This document shows, piece after piece, positions 46,852 through 56,222 of a DNA stretch of 64,000 bases. This DNA is from Oscillospiraceae bacterium (GTDB lineage: Bacteria; Bacillota; Clostridia; Oscillospirales; Ruminococcaceae), in contig JASGGY010000001.1 in assembly GCA_047602575.1 (NCBI GenBank), forward strand, positions 142,413 to 206,412, given 5' to 3'. Each line of letters begins with the position of its first letter. Within the stretch, counting starts at the first letter, position 1. The position numbers were made by a program, and so were the translations under genes. The notes below the pieces were generated by a model. That model was not told where the DNA came from. It saw only the letters and a program-made list of their open reading frames with translations, and ran no database searches.

Positions 46852-47002
46852 TGCGATCTTCCTTTCGTCTTGGCGGCTTCTGCGCGGGGGAAAGCCGCGT
46901 TGTTATGCGTTCCGGAATTTATGCGGGGAGTTTTTATGCGTGTTCCATATGAAATTGACGCGCGCAAATGCGGGGTAATCACATGAGATCAAGAGGGAGC
47001 TT

Positions 47003-47560
47003 TTACGCTCTTTCCATGTACTCTCCGGTGCGGGTGTCGATGCGGATTCTGTCGCCGGTGCTGATAAACAGCGGCACTTTGATTTCCGCGCCCGTTTCGA
47101 GAATTGCGGGCTTGGTGGCGTTGGTGGCGGTGTCGCCCTTAAAGCCGGGGTCGGTCTCCGTCACCTCAAGGTCAACGAAATACGGTGGCTCAACGCCGAA
47201 TACCTTGCCTTTATAGGACAGAATCTTGCAGACCATGTTTTCCTTCACGAATTTGAAGTTGTCAGCCACATCGCTCGGGTTTACCGGAACCTGCTCGTAG
47301 GTTTCGGGGTCCATAAAATAATACAGGTCGCCGTCGCCATAGGAGTATTCCATCTCCTTGCGCTCAACGAACGCGGAGGGGAATTTTGCGGTGGGGTTGT
47401 AGGTTTTTTCAACCACGGAACCTGTGATGACGTTGCGGATTTTCGTTCTGACAAACGCAGCACCCTTGCCGGGCTTTACGTGCTGGAACTCAACAATCTG
47501 CATGACATTTCCGTCCTCCTCAAAGGTCATGCCGTTTCTGAAATCGCCGGCTGTAATCAT
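47003..47560 (-). CDS. efp: elongation factor P
   Basis: 185 aa [46 protein letters not shown]. Confidence 0.9.
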   Translation of the reverse strand: MITAGDFRNGMTFEEDGNVMQIVEFQHVKPGKGAAFVRTKIRNVITGSVVEKTYNPTAKFPSAFVERKEMEYSYGDGDLYYFMDPETYEQVPVNPSDVADNFKFVKENMVCKILSYKGKVFGVEPPYFVDLEVTETDPGFKGDTATNATKPAILETGAEIKVPLFISTGDRIRIDTRTGEYMERA

Positions 47561-47810
47561 GAATCAAACCATTCCTTTCGGGAAGCGCACCCTTGCAGCC
47601 GCTTCCGTTATTATTGTCATTCTAAAAGCATTTCATGCAACAGTCAGGGCAGCGGGGAAGCCCGCACGCCTGTGTTTTCATTCATCATTTATCATAACCG
47701 ATTTCGTCGTTTTTTGCAAGGGCTTTTTTCATGTTTTTCCGCCTATCTGAAATTATTCAATAAAAGTTTACAATAAATATTTTAAAACCGACAAAAAATC
47801 CGCGCGGGCG

Positions 47811-47839
47811 CTTGTAAAACGGATTCGGATGTGTTATAA
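47811..47839 (+). promoter_or_regulatory. putative sigma-A promoter of secG-rnr
   Basis: TTGTAA (47811-47816), a 17-nt spacer ending in TGT, then TATAAT (47834-47839). Confidence 0.5.
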
Positions 47840-47956
47840 TAAATATCTGTTGAAAAGTGCGCACATTTTTTACGGCTTTTTTACGCAAAAGCGTTTGCGC
47901 AAAGCAGGCTTTTATGGTAATCTAACAGGGAAGCATCGGAAAGGACGTTTTTACTT

Positions 47957-48217
47957 ATGAGTATGGGAGTTCCACAGATCATCGCGGGCGCGATTTTATT
48001 CTTGGCGAGCATTGTCATCATCCTCATCGTATTGATGCAGGAAAGCAAGGATCAGGGCTTGACCGGTGCCATCGGCGGCGGCGTGAACGAATCCCATTAC
48101 GGCAAGAATCCTTCGCGGACACGCGACGCGCGGCTTTCGCGTTACACCAAGGTTTCCGCGTTCATCCTGTTCGGACTGACGATTGCCGTGAACATTGTCA
48201 ACCAGGTCGCAAACTGA
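47957..48217 (+). CDS. secG: preprotein translocase subunit SecG
   Basis: 86 aa ORF with two TM helices and the LMQESKDQGLTGAIGGG motif. Confidence 0.8.
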   Translation: MSMGVPQIIAGAILFLASIVIILIVLMQESKDQGLTGAIGGGVNESHYGKNPSRTRDARLSRYTKVSAFILFGLTIAVNIVNQVAN

Positions 48218-48225
48218 TCATAATT

Positions 48226-48252
48226 CCCCGCACGGCTTGTGCGGGGTTTTTT
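48226..48252 (+). terminator. intrinsic terminator/attenuator after secG
   Basis: CCCCGCAC-GGCTT-GTGCGGGG followed by TTTTTT. Confidence 0.75.
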
Positions 48253-48333
48253 AATGTCAGACATCAGACAAGCGCTTTGACAGAAAACAAGCGGATGCTT
48301 TTTTAAGAAGGCAAGAAAAGAAAGGAAACAGGA

Positions 48334-50457
48334 ATGAATCAGGACGACATTTACAGAACACGGATTTTGGGTAAGATTAAAGCAGCGGGGAAAAATCCGC
48401 TGCCGTTTCAGACACTGCTGCGGGAGAGCCGGGGCAGCGGGTTTGAATTTGCGCGCTTCACGGCGGCAGTAACCGCGCTCAAGCGCAGCGGCGAGATTTA
48501 TGAAACCGACCAGGGCTTTCTCCTCCCCGACAAGGACAGCTATGTCCACGGCACGGTGGTCAAGCTTGCAAAGACCTTCGGCTTTGTGAAAAACACGGAC
48601 ACGGGCGAGGATATTTTTGTGTCGGGGCGCTTTTTAAAGGGCGCGATGCCCGGCGATCTGGTGACGCTGCGTACCTTTAAAGGGCGGGGCGAGTCGCCGG
48701 AGGGCGAGGTTATGAGCGTGGATGAGGAGAATTTCACGAAATTCACGGGCGTGATTGTCTTTGAATTCGGTGCGCTGAAGATCATGCCCGACACACTGTC
48801 GAAGTTCGCCATGTCGTTCACCAACCCCGGCCACATCGACCTGCGCGAGGGCGACAAGGTCATGGCGGCGGTCACAAAGCGCGGTATGCGCCACAGCGAC
48901 CACAAGTGCGAAATTCTGTCGAGCTTCGGCTCGTCGCTGAAAGCCTCGGTCTGCGCGATGAGCGTGCTGGAGGTCAACGGCTTAACGCCGGTGTTCCCGT
49001 TCCCGGTTGTGGATGAGGCAAGGCGGGTTTCCGCAAAGGGCATCGCCGGCGACATGGCAGGACGGGTTGATCTGCGCGGTGAACCGATTTTCACCATCGA
49101 CGGCGCGGACACCAAGGACATCGACGACGCGGTCTGCGTGTTCCGTACAGAGGACGGCTATGAGCTGGGCGTTCACATCGCGGACGTTTCGCACTATGTC
49201 ACGCCGAAATCCGCACTCGACGACGAAGCGTTCACGCGCGGCACGAGTGTTTATTATGCCAACCGCGTCATCCCGATGCTGCCGGAGGAGCTGTCAAACG
49301 GCATCTGCTCGCTCAACCCGCAGGAGGACAGGCTTGTGTTTTCGGTGAAAATCAACCTCGATAAATCCGGGACGATCAAGAGCTACAAATTCTTCAAGTC
49401 TGTCATCCGTTCGCGCGTCAAGGGCGTTTATTCGGAATTAAACAGCATTCTGGCAGGCGAACTCACCCCCGCGCTTGCTGAAAAATACGCGGAGGTGCTT
49501 GACAGCATTCCGCTGATGAAGGAACTGGCAGAGGTTCTCAAACGCAGTCGTGTGGGACGGGGTGCACCCCAGCTTTCCAGCACGGAGAGCAAGCTTGTGC
49601 TGGATGAAAACGACGTCTGCGTCGGCGTCATCCCCCGTAAGAGCGGGCGCAGCGAGGAGCTGATCGAGGACTTCATGCTCATGGCGAACACCTGCGCGGC
49701 GCGCTTCGGCACAGAAAACGCCCTGCCCTTCGTCTACCGCATTCATGAAGATCCGCCGGAGGAAAAGGTCAACGGCATGACCAACGGTCTGCTGTCGCTC
49801 GGCGTGAATTACCAGCCAAAAGCAACATGGTCAGCGACGGATTTCTCCGCAATTCTGGCGAGCGTCAAGGATACGCCGCTCGAAATCCCTGTCAACACGC
49901 TCGTGCTGCGCTCCATGGCAAAGGCGAAGTATTCGCCGGAGCCGGTCGGGCATTTCGGGCTTGTGTTAAAGGACTATGCACATTTCACCTCGCCCATCCG
50001 CCGGTTTCCCGATCTGACGATCCACCGGATCATGAGCGATTTTCTGGCTGGGAAAAGCATTGACGACTGCGAAACGCGTTACCGGAAATTTGTCTGCGCT
50101 TCCGCGGAAATGTCTACCCGCACGGAAATCACCGCCATGACCGTCGAGCGCACCTGCGAGGATTTATACAAGGCGGAATATATGAAGTCGCATCTCGGCG
50201 ACGTGTTCGAGGGCGTTGTGATGTCGGTGATGGAATTCGGGATGTTTATCGAGCTGCCCGACACCTGCGAGGGGCTGCTGCGCGTGGACGATCTGCCCGC
50301 GGGCGAGTATGCTTATGACGGGATGACGAAGCTCAAAAACCTCAACACCGGCATCACTTATCAGGTCGGCAATCGCGTTAAGGTGCAGGTTGCCAAAGCG
50401 GACGTGAGCGCGGGTAAAGTTGATTTTGTGCCGGCGGATGAATTTCTGCTCGCTTAA
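48334..50457 (+). CDS. rnr: ribonuclease R
   Basis: 707 aa ORF with cold-shock-like N-terminus, RNB domain (FTIDGADTKDIDDAV, ..YYANRVIPMLPEELSNGICSLNP) and a C-terminal S1 domain (FEGVVMSVMEFGMFIEL). Confidence 0.85.
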   Translation: MNQDDIYRTRILGKIKAAGKNPLPFQTLLRESRGSGFEFARFTAAVTALKRSGEIYETDQGFLLPDKDSYVHGTVVKLAKTFGFVKNTDTGEDIFVSGRFLKGAMPGDLVTLRTFKGRGESPEGEVMSVDEENFTKFTGVIVFEFGALKIMPDTLSKFAMSFTNPGHIDLREGDKVMAAVTKRGMRHSDHKCEILSSFGSSLKASVCAMSVLEVNGLTPVFPFPVVDEARRVSAKGIAGDMAGRVDLRGEPIFTIDGADTKDIDDAVCVFRTEDGYELGVHIADVSHYVTPKSALDDEAFTRGTSVYYANRVIPMLPEELSNGICSLNPQEDRLVFSVKINLDKSGTIKSYKFFKSVIRSRVKGVYSELNSILAGELTPALAEKYAEVLDSIPLMKELAEVLKRSRVGRGAPQLSSTESKLVLDENDVCVGVIPRKSGRSEELIEDFMLMANTCAARFGTENALPFVYRIHEDPPEEKVNGMTNGLLSLGVNYQPKATWSATDFSAILASVKDTPLEIPVNTLVLRSMAKAKYSPEPVGHFGLVLKDYAHFTSPIRRFPDLTIHRIMSDFLAGKSIDDCETRYRKFVCASAEMSTRTEITAMTVERTCEDLYKAEYMKSHLGDVFEGVVMSVMEFGMFIELPDTCEGLLRVDDLPAGEYAYDGMTKLKNLNTGITYQVGNRVKVQVAKADVSAGKVDFVPADEFLLA

Positions 50458-50567
50458 AATTACAGAAAATTTGTGATTTAAGCAATTCATTCACCTAATT
50501 CCGGCAAAAAATGAATGATTGCCGCGCCGTTCCTGCATAAATAAATCTGAATTCCGAAAAAACACGC

Positions 50568-50596
50568 TTGACAACTTGACACGGATGCGGTATACT
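50568..50596 (+). promoter_or_regulatory. putative sigma-A promoter of the PEP carboxykinase gene
   Basis: TTGACA (50568-50573), a 17-nt spacer, then TATACT (50591-50596). Confidence 0.55.
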
Positions 50597-50676
50597 AGTA
50601 TTTGTGGGAATTTGGATTTGTAAGCCGGATTTTAACAGACGGCTTTCAAGGATAGATTGGAAAGGAAGGTATCACA

Positions 50677-52470
50677 ATGGCAAGTCTGACAAAGAACCCG
50701 AATGTCAACAACTGGGTCACTGAAATGGCGGCTCTCACCAAACCGGACAAAATCGTATGGATCGACGGCAGCGACGAACAGCTGGCATCCCTGCGCGCGG
50801 AGTCAATTTCCGCCGGCGAGGTCATGGAACTCAATCAGGAGAAGCTCCCCGGCTGTCTTTATCACAGAACCAAGGTCAACGACGTTGCGCGCGTCGAGGA
50901 CAGAACCTTCATCTGCTCAAAGTCCAAGGCCGACGCGGGCCCGACCAACAACTGGTGCGACCCCGCCGAAATGTACGCAAAGCTCACCCCCATGTTCGAC
51001 GGCGTGATGAAGGGCAGAACCATGTATGTCATCCCGTATTCCATGGGACCGATCGGCTCGCCCCTTGCGAAAGTCGGCGTTGAGCTGACCGACTCGATTT
51101 ATGTTGTTCTGAACATGGACATCATGACGCGAATGGGCGCAAAAGCCTTCGACAACCTCGGCGACGTGTCTGACGACTTCGTAAGAGGTCTGCATTCCAA
51201 GGCTGACATTGATCCCGAAAATCGTTATATTGTGCATTTTCCGGAGGACAATACCATTTGGTCAATCAACTCCGGCTACGGCGGAAACGTTCTGCTGGGC
51301 AAAAAATGCTTTGCACTGCGCATCGCGTCCTTCCAGGGCAAGAACGAGGGCTGGATGGCGGAGCATATGCTCATTCTCGGCATCGAGAAGCCCGACGGCG
51401 ACGTGAAGTACGTGACCGCGGCATTCCCCTCCGCTTGTGGAAAAACCAATCTGGCAATGCTCATCCCGCCTGAGGTTTACACCAAAAAGGGCTATAAGGT
51501 ATGGACAGTCGGCGACGACATCGCGTGGCTCAAGCAGGGCGACGACGGAAGGCTCTATGCCATCAACCCCGAGAACGGCTTCTTCGGCGTTGCACCGGGA
51601 ACAAACGTGAAGTCCAACTTCAACGCACTCGAGTCCACCAAGAAAAATACGATTTTCACCAACGTTGCCCTGAACAACGACGACAACACCGTTTGGTGGG
51701 AAGGACTTGATAAGAACCCGCCTGTCAATGCCACCGAGTGGAAGGGCGCGGTCGTCAACGGCAAGGAGTTCTCCGCCGAGGGCAACAAGCTTGCGCACCC
51801 CAACTCCCGCTTCACCGCACCGGCAATCAACTGCCCGTGCATTTCTTCTGAATTTAACAACCCCAAGGGCGTGCCGATTTCGGCAATTGTGTTCGGCGGC
51901 CGCCGCGCGAAAACCGCTCCACTGGTGTATCAGTCCTTTGACTGGCAGCATGGCACATTCGTCGGCTCGATCATGGCTTCGGAAACCACCGCAGCCGCCA
52001 TCGGCGCAGTCGGTGTCGTAAGACGCGATCCCATGGCAATGCTGCCGTTCTGCGGCTACCACATGGGCGACTACTGGGCGCACTGGCTCGAAATGGGCAA
52101 GAAGCTCGGCGACAAAGCACCGCTGATTTTCAACGTAAACTGGTTCCGCACCGATGCTCAGGGACGCTTCATCTGGCCCGGCTTCGGCGACAATATGCGT
52201 GTGCTCGAATGGATCATCGACCGCTGCGAGGGCAAGGCTGACGCAGTCGAAACCGCTATTGGCTACGAGCCCAAGCCCGAGGACATCAACATCGAAGGCC
52301 TCAAGGAAGAGGGCATCACCCTCGACGTCGTCAAGGATCTCCTCGACGTTGACACCGCACTGTGGAAGTCCGAAGCAGACGGCATCCGCGAATTCTACGG
52401 CAAGTTCGGCGATAAGCTCCCCGCCGCAATGACCGACGAGCTGAACAAACTCGTCGCCCGCCTCGGCTAA
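50677..52470 (+). CDS. pck: phosphoenolpyruvate carboxykinase (GTP)
   Basis: 597 aa ORF with AAFPSACGKTNLAML (P-loop), HPNSRFTAP and GTP-type PEPCK sequence throughout. Confidence 0.9.
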   Translation: MASLTKNPNVNNWVTEMAALTKPDKIVWIDGSDEQLASLRAESISAGEVMELNQEKLPGCLYHRTKVNDVARVEDRTFICSKSKADAGPTNNWCDPAEMYAKLTPMFDGVMKGRTMYVIPYSMGPIGSPLAKVGVELTDSIYVVLNMDIMTRMGAKAFDNLGDVSDDFVRGLHSKADIDPENRYIVHFPEDNTIWSINSGYGGNVLLGKKCFALRIASFQGKNEGWMAEHMLILGIEKPDGDVKYVTAAFPSACGKTNLAMLIPPEVYTKKGYKVWTVGDDIAWLKQGDDGRLYAINPENGFFGVAPGTNVKSNFNALESTKKNTIFTNVALNNDDNTVWWEGLDKNPPVNATEWKGAVVNGKEFSAEGNKLAHPNSRFTAPAINCPCISSEFNNPKGVPISAIVFGGRRAKTAPLVYQSFDWQHGTFVGSIMASETTAAAIGAVGVVRRDPMAMLPFCGYHMGDYWAHWLEMGKKLGDKAPLIFNVNWFRTDAQGRFIWPGFGDNMRVLEWIIDRCEGKADAVETAIGYEPKPEDINIEGLKEEGITLDVVKDLLDVDTALWKSEADGIREFYGKFGDKLPAAMTDELNKLVARLG

Positions 52471-52482
52471 TCAAACCAAACC

Positions 52483-52524
52483 AAAGCGCACACAGCTCCA
52501 ATGCTGTGTGCGCTTTTTGCTTTC
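52483..52524 (+). terminator. intrinsic terminator of pck
   Basis: AAAGCGCACACAGC-TCCAAT-GCTGTGTGCGCTTT followed by TTGCTTTC. Confidence 0.75.
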
Positions 52525-52534
52525 GCTAAACGTT

Positions 52535-52880
52535 ATGTCAGGGGGCGCCGCCCCCCGACACCCCCTGCCAAAGGGTACAAGTACCCTTTGGAAACCCATA
52601 GTTTTTGTTATTATTCGTTTGTAATCTTTTCTGGTTTGCTAATTACTGTTACTTTGTGTTTTTATTTAGCAACAAAGCACAAATGCCGCCAGCTGATGGT
52701 TCAGACGGGCGGCATAAAGCGCATATTTAATGTATGTTTTTATAATGAAGAGGAGAAATCCAAAGTAAAAGTCTGCGCAAATTAAAATCGTTTTACAAAG
52801 TTATAATTACACAAACAAAGGGTTTCCAAAGGGGGCAGGCCCCCTTTGGTGGGAGGTGTCGGAGGGTGAAACCCTCTGAC
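52535..52880. mobile_element. MITE-like element with ~61-bp terminal inverted repeats built from two stacked hairpins (arms A9 and A10)
   Basis: Left end at 52537-52597 reads GTCAGGGGGCGCCGCCCCCCGACACCCCCTGCCAAAGGGTACAAGTACCCTTTGGAAACCC. The right end at 52820-52880, reverse-complemented, reads GTCAGAGGGTTTCACCCTCCGACACCTCCCACCAAAGGGGGCCTGCCCCCTTTGGAAACCC. The ~222-bp AT-rich interior is partly homologous to that of 40437-40814. Confidence 0.6.
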
Positions 52881-52891
52881 AAAGTGTAAGT

Positions 52892-53572
52892 TCAATACGC
52901 TTCTAGTCGGTAAATCGGTTTTCCCTCTGCAACAAATTTCGCTTCGTATTCGGTGATGATGTTTTCGGCGGTGAAGGGGCTGTTGTGCAGGTCGAGGGAG
53001 ATGTTTTTCAGGCGGAAACCGTTCTGGGAGAATTCGGCGAGGGAGAATTCGAACAAGCCCATCGCGTCGGTTTTCTGGTGAATTTCGCCGCCGGGGAGCA
53101 GCAGACCCTTGTAGATTTCAAGAAAACGCCGGTGGGTGAGTCGGTGAACAGCGTAGGTGTTTTTGGGGAACGGGCAGCTGAAGTTCAGATAAATCGTGCG
53201 CACCGACGCGGGCGGGATGTAGCAGGCGAGGTATTCCGCACCCCCGCGCAGGAAGCGCAGGTTGGGGATGTTCTCTTGCTCGGCGCGTTCGGCGGCGGAG
53301 AGGATCACGTTACTGCTCTGCTCGACGGCGAGGAAATTCGTGTTGGGATCGCGCTTTGCCGCTTCACAGGCAAACTGCCCCTTGCCGCAGCCGATTTCGA
53401 GTGCGAGGGGATTGGTGTTGCCGAACACCGCCGCGAGATCGATCAGTGTGCGCTCCGTTTCGGCGAGGCGATGATCGCGGTTGGGGCGGTCCATGTAAAG
53501 GATTCTGCCGCCTGTGTGTTCTAAGCGTGTGTCAAGGTTCTTTTTCTTTCTCATTCTCATGGTGCGCGTCAA
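52892..53572 (-). CDS. trmB: tRNA (guanine46-N7)-methyltransferase
   Basis: 226 aa ORF with LALEIGCGKGQF (SAM motif), ..IYLNFSCPFPK.. and ..LLPGGEIHQKTD. Confidence 0.8.
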   Translation of the reverse strand: MTRTMRMRKKKNLDTRLEHTGGRILYMDRPNRDHRLAETERTLIDLAAVFGNTNPLALEIGCGKGQFACEAAKRDPNTNFLAVEQSSNVILSAAERAEQENIPNLRFLRGGAEYLACYIPPASVRTIYLNFSCPFPKNTYAVHRLTHRRFLEIYKGLLLPGGEIHQKTDAMGLFEFSLAEFSQNGFRLKNISLDLHNSPFTAENIITEYEAKFVAEGKPIYRLEAY

Positions 53573-53584
53573 TCTCCCGCTTCG

Positions 53585-54850
53585 TTATAAAGTGATGGCA
53601 ACCTCTGTGCCGCCGACGGGGCGGATGCTCAGCACGTGGCAGCTGCCCTTGCCGAACACCGCGTCCATGCGCGCGATGAATTCCGAAATCAAATCCACCG
53701 GCACAAACGCCTGAATCGTCCCCGCAAAGCCCCCGCCGTGAACGCGGTAAGCGCCCCTGCCGCACAGTACGCTTTTTGCCGTGTAGAGTGCCAGGGAAAC
53801 GCCCTGCTCGCGCGGATTTGCCGCCGAGAACACATTCTGCAGGTATTTGCACGACGAGTTGCCCGACGCGCGCACGAGCCGGAGAAATTCGTCGAAATTA
53901 CCCTTGCGCAGCGCGTGGCTTTCCGCGGTCACGCGGTCGTTGTCGTCAAAGAAATGCAGCGCCCGCAGCACCGCGCGGTCGGAGCATTTTGCCCGCAGCT
54001 TTGCGATGTTTTCCACCACGTCGTCGCGGGTCAGCTCGGAAAGAAAATTCTTGCCGAAAAACCGTGCCACCGACTTCATCTCCTCCGGGATCGCCGCGTA
54101 TTCGGGCGTGAGGTCGGCGTGGCTGCCCTTGGTGTCCACAATGCAGAGCCTGTGTCCGCTGCGCGCGAAATCGAAGTTGATTTCCTCGATCACCGGCGCG
54201 GTCGGATCGGCGAAATCAATCGTGATGAAGCCGCCCACCGACGATGCCATCTGATCCATCAGTCCGGAGGGCTTGCCGAAGAAGCGGTTTTCGGCGTATT
54301 GCGCGATCTGGGCGATCTCCACCGCCGACACCGCGCCGTTGTTGTAAAGCCGGTTGAGGATGTTCGCAACCAGCACCTCAAACGCCGCCGAGGAGGAAAG
54401 CCCCGAACCCTTGAGCACGCTCGAGGTCGTGAACGCGCGGAAGCCGCCGATTTTGTAGCCCCTGTCCTTGAATGCAGCGGCCACACCGCGGATGAGCGCG
54501 GCGGAGGTGTTGATCTCCAGCGCGGAGGGATCTAAGCGTGCGAGATCGACGCGGTCGCGGGGGAAGAACTCCGACTGAATTTCGATGATGTTGTCGGTGG
54601 TCGCCGCCGCCGCCGCAATTACGTCAAGTGACACGCCCGCGGCAAGCACCTTGCCGTGGTTGTGATCGGTGTGGTTGCCGCCGACTTCGGTTCTGCCGGG
54701 AGCGGAGAAAAATCGCGCCGTCCGGTTTCCGTAAATCTCGGTAAAGCCGGCGTAGCAGTGCTGATAACGTGGCTTCTGCACCGCCCAGTCCGCGCCGTAA
54801 ATGGTTTCAAGCGTGTGAATCCCCGTATCTTTTCGGTTGTCCATATCCAA
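53585..54850 (-). CDS. galK: galactokinase
   Basis: 421 aa ORF with APGRTEVGGNHTDHNHG (galactokinase signature), GSGLSSSAAFEV (GHMP motif) and RVHGGGFAGT. Confidence 0.85.
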   Translation of the reverse strand: MDMDNRKDTGIHTLETIYGADWAVQKPRYQHCYAGFTEIYGNRTARFFSAPGRTEVGGNHTDHNHGKVLAAGVSLDVIAAAAATTDNIIEIQSEFFPRDRVDLARLDPSALEINTSAALIRGVAAAFKDRGYKIGGFRAFTTSSVLKGSGLSSSAAFEVLVANILNRLYNNGAVSAVEIAQIAQYAENRFFGKPSGLMDQMASSVGGFITIDFADPTAPVIEEINFDFARSGHRLCIVDTKGSHADLTPEYAAIPEEMKSVARFFGKNFLSELTRDDVVENIAKLRAKCSDRAVLRALHFFDDNDRVTAESHALRKGNFDEFLRLVRASGNSSCKYLQNVFSAANPREQGVSLALYTAKSVLCGRGAYRVHGGGFAGTIQAFVPVDLISEFIARMDAVFGKGSCHVLSIRPVGGTEVAITL

Positions 54851-55030
54851 AACCCCTTTTGATATTTGTAATAAATTTCCTTAGCCGACGCGTTTCGCCA
54901 GAAAACCGTCCGCCTCTTGGTTTATTATACAATAAGACAAGCCTCTTTACAAGTGGATTTTATGAAGGAAACGGATTTTCGCGGAAATTTTCTTAGGCAA
55001 CACCGCGCAATGAAAACGGGAGGGATTGGG

Positions 55031-56020
55031 ATGAAAAGCTATATCAAGCTGTTCGCGCTGTTTGCCGGACTGCTGGTGCTGATACCGGCGCTGGCGTTTT
55101 ATTTCGGAAAAGGAGAATCGGCTGCGCCCGCTGACGCGCCTGTGCGGATTTCCGATGCGGAAAGCGTCAAAATGCTCGATACCGAAACCGGTGCGGTCAC
55201 AGAGCTTTCGATGCGGGACTACCTCATCGGCAGCGTCTTTGCCCAGATGCCGGCGGAATTTGAACCGGAAGCGCTCAAGGCGCAGGCGGTGCTGGCACAT
55301 ACCTACATACTCAAGCGCCGCCTACAGGAGCAGGCGAGTCCTGACGCGACGCTTTCCGGCGCGGATTTCAGCACGGACTCCACCCGTTATCAGGCGTTTT
55401 TCACCGAAAGTTACGCCAAGGAATTCTACGGTGATTCTTATGCCGCCAATTTCGACAAGATCGCCGCCGCCGTGGATGCGGTTCCCGGAAAAATCTGCAC
55501 CTATGACGGCGCGCTGATCACCGTGGCGTTCCACGCGATTTCGTGCGGCGTAACCGAGAGTGCCGCCTACGCGTGGGGGATACAGATTCCGTACCTTGTC
55601 AGCGTGGACAGCGCTTCCGACACCACCGTCACGGGCTGCACAAAAACCGTCAGCTTCACCGCGGAGGAAGTCAAGGCGCGCCTGACGCAGGGCTTTGATC
55701 ATCTGACGTTCAGCGGAGAGCCGGCACATTGGCTGGAAATCGCCGAAAAAAGTCCGGCGGGAACGGTGCTAACGGTCGCTGCCGGCGACAGCAAAACACC
55801 GCTTAACGCGAACGCGTTCGCGGTCTGCCTGAATCTGCCCTCCCAGCATTTTTCGGTCGCCTATGCCGATGAGAAGTTCACCTTCACCGTCATGGGATCG
55901 GGGCATCAGGTGGGGATGTCGCAGTACGGCGCGGAAGCCATGGCGCAGCAAGGCGATGATTTTCAGAAAATTCTCACCCATTATTTTACCGGGATCACCG
56001 TCGCGGATGCAACCGATTAA
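55031..56020 (+). CDS. spoIID: stage II sporulation protein D (SpoIID/LytB domain lytic transglycosylase)
   Basis: Start at MKSYIKLFALFAGLLVL (SD GGGAGGG). Contains ..EALKAQAVLAHTYILKRR.. and GHQVGMSQYGAEAMAQQG. Confidence 0.75.
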   Translation: MKSYIKLFALFAGLLVLIPALAFYFGKGESAAPADAPVRISDAESVKMLDTETGAVTELSMRDYLIGSVFAQMPAEFEPEALKAQAVLAHTYILKRRLQEQASPDATLSGADFSTDSTRYQAFFTESYAKEFYGDSYAANFDKIAAAVDAVPGKICTYDGALITVAFHAISCGVTESAAYAWGIQIPYLVSVDSASDTTVTGCTKTVSFTAEEVKARLTQGFDHLTFSGEPAHWLEIAEKSPAGTVLTVAAGDSKTPLNANAFAVCLNLPSQHFSVAYADEKFTFTVMGSGHQVGMSQYGAEAMAQQGDDFQKILTHYFTGITVADATD

Positions 56021-56145
56021 GCAATCTCCACAAAACGAGGACTGTAACCTATGCAATTGAAACAAAAATGCGAAAAGCTTATGCAAAAGAACAATAAAAA
56101 ATTAGCTTTATAAAAAAAAATTAGCGATAATGCCCCAAAAAAGTA

Positions 56146-56174
56146 TTGACAACGTTTTCAGGATGTATTATAAT
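56146..56174 (+). promoter_or_regulatory. putative sigma-A promoter of the solute-binding lipoprotein gene
   Basis: TTGACA (56146-56151), a 17-nt spacer, then TATAAT (56169-56174). Confidence 0.6.
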
Positions 56175-56222
56175 GAGGTACGTAGGTTGGCTGATTCTAT
56201 GGATTTTAAGGAGGAATATTTT

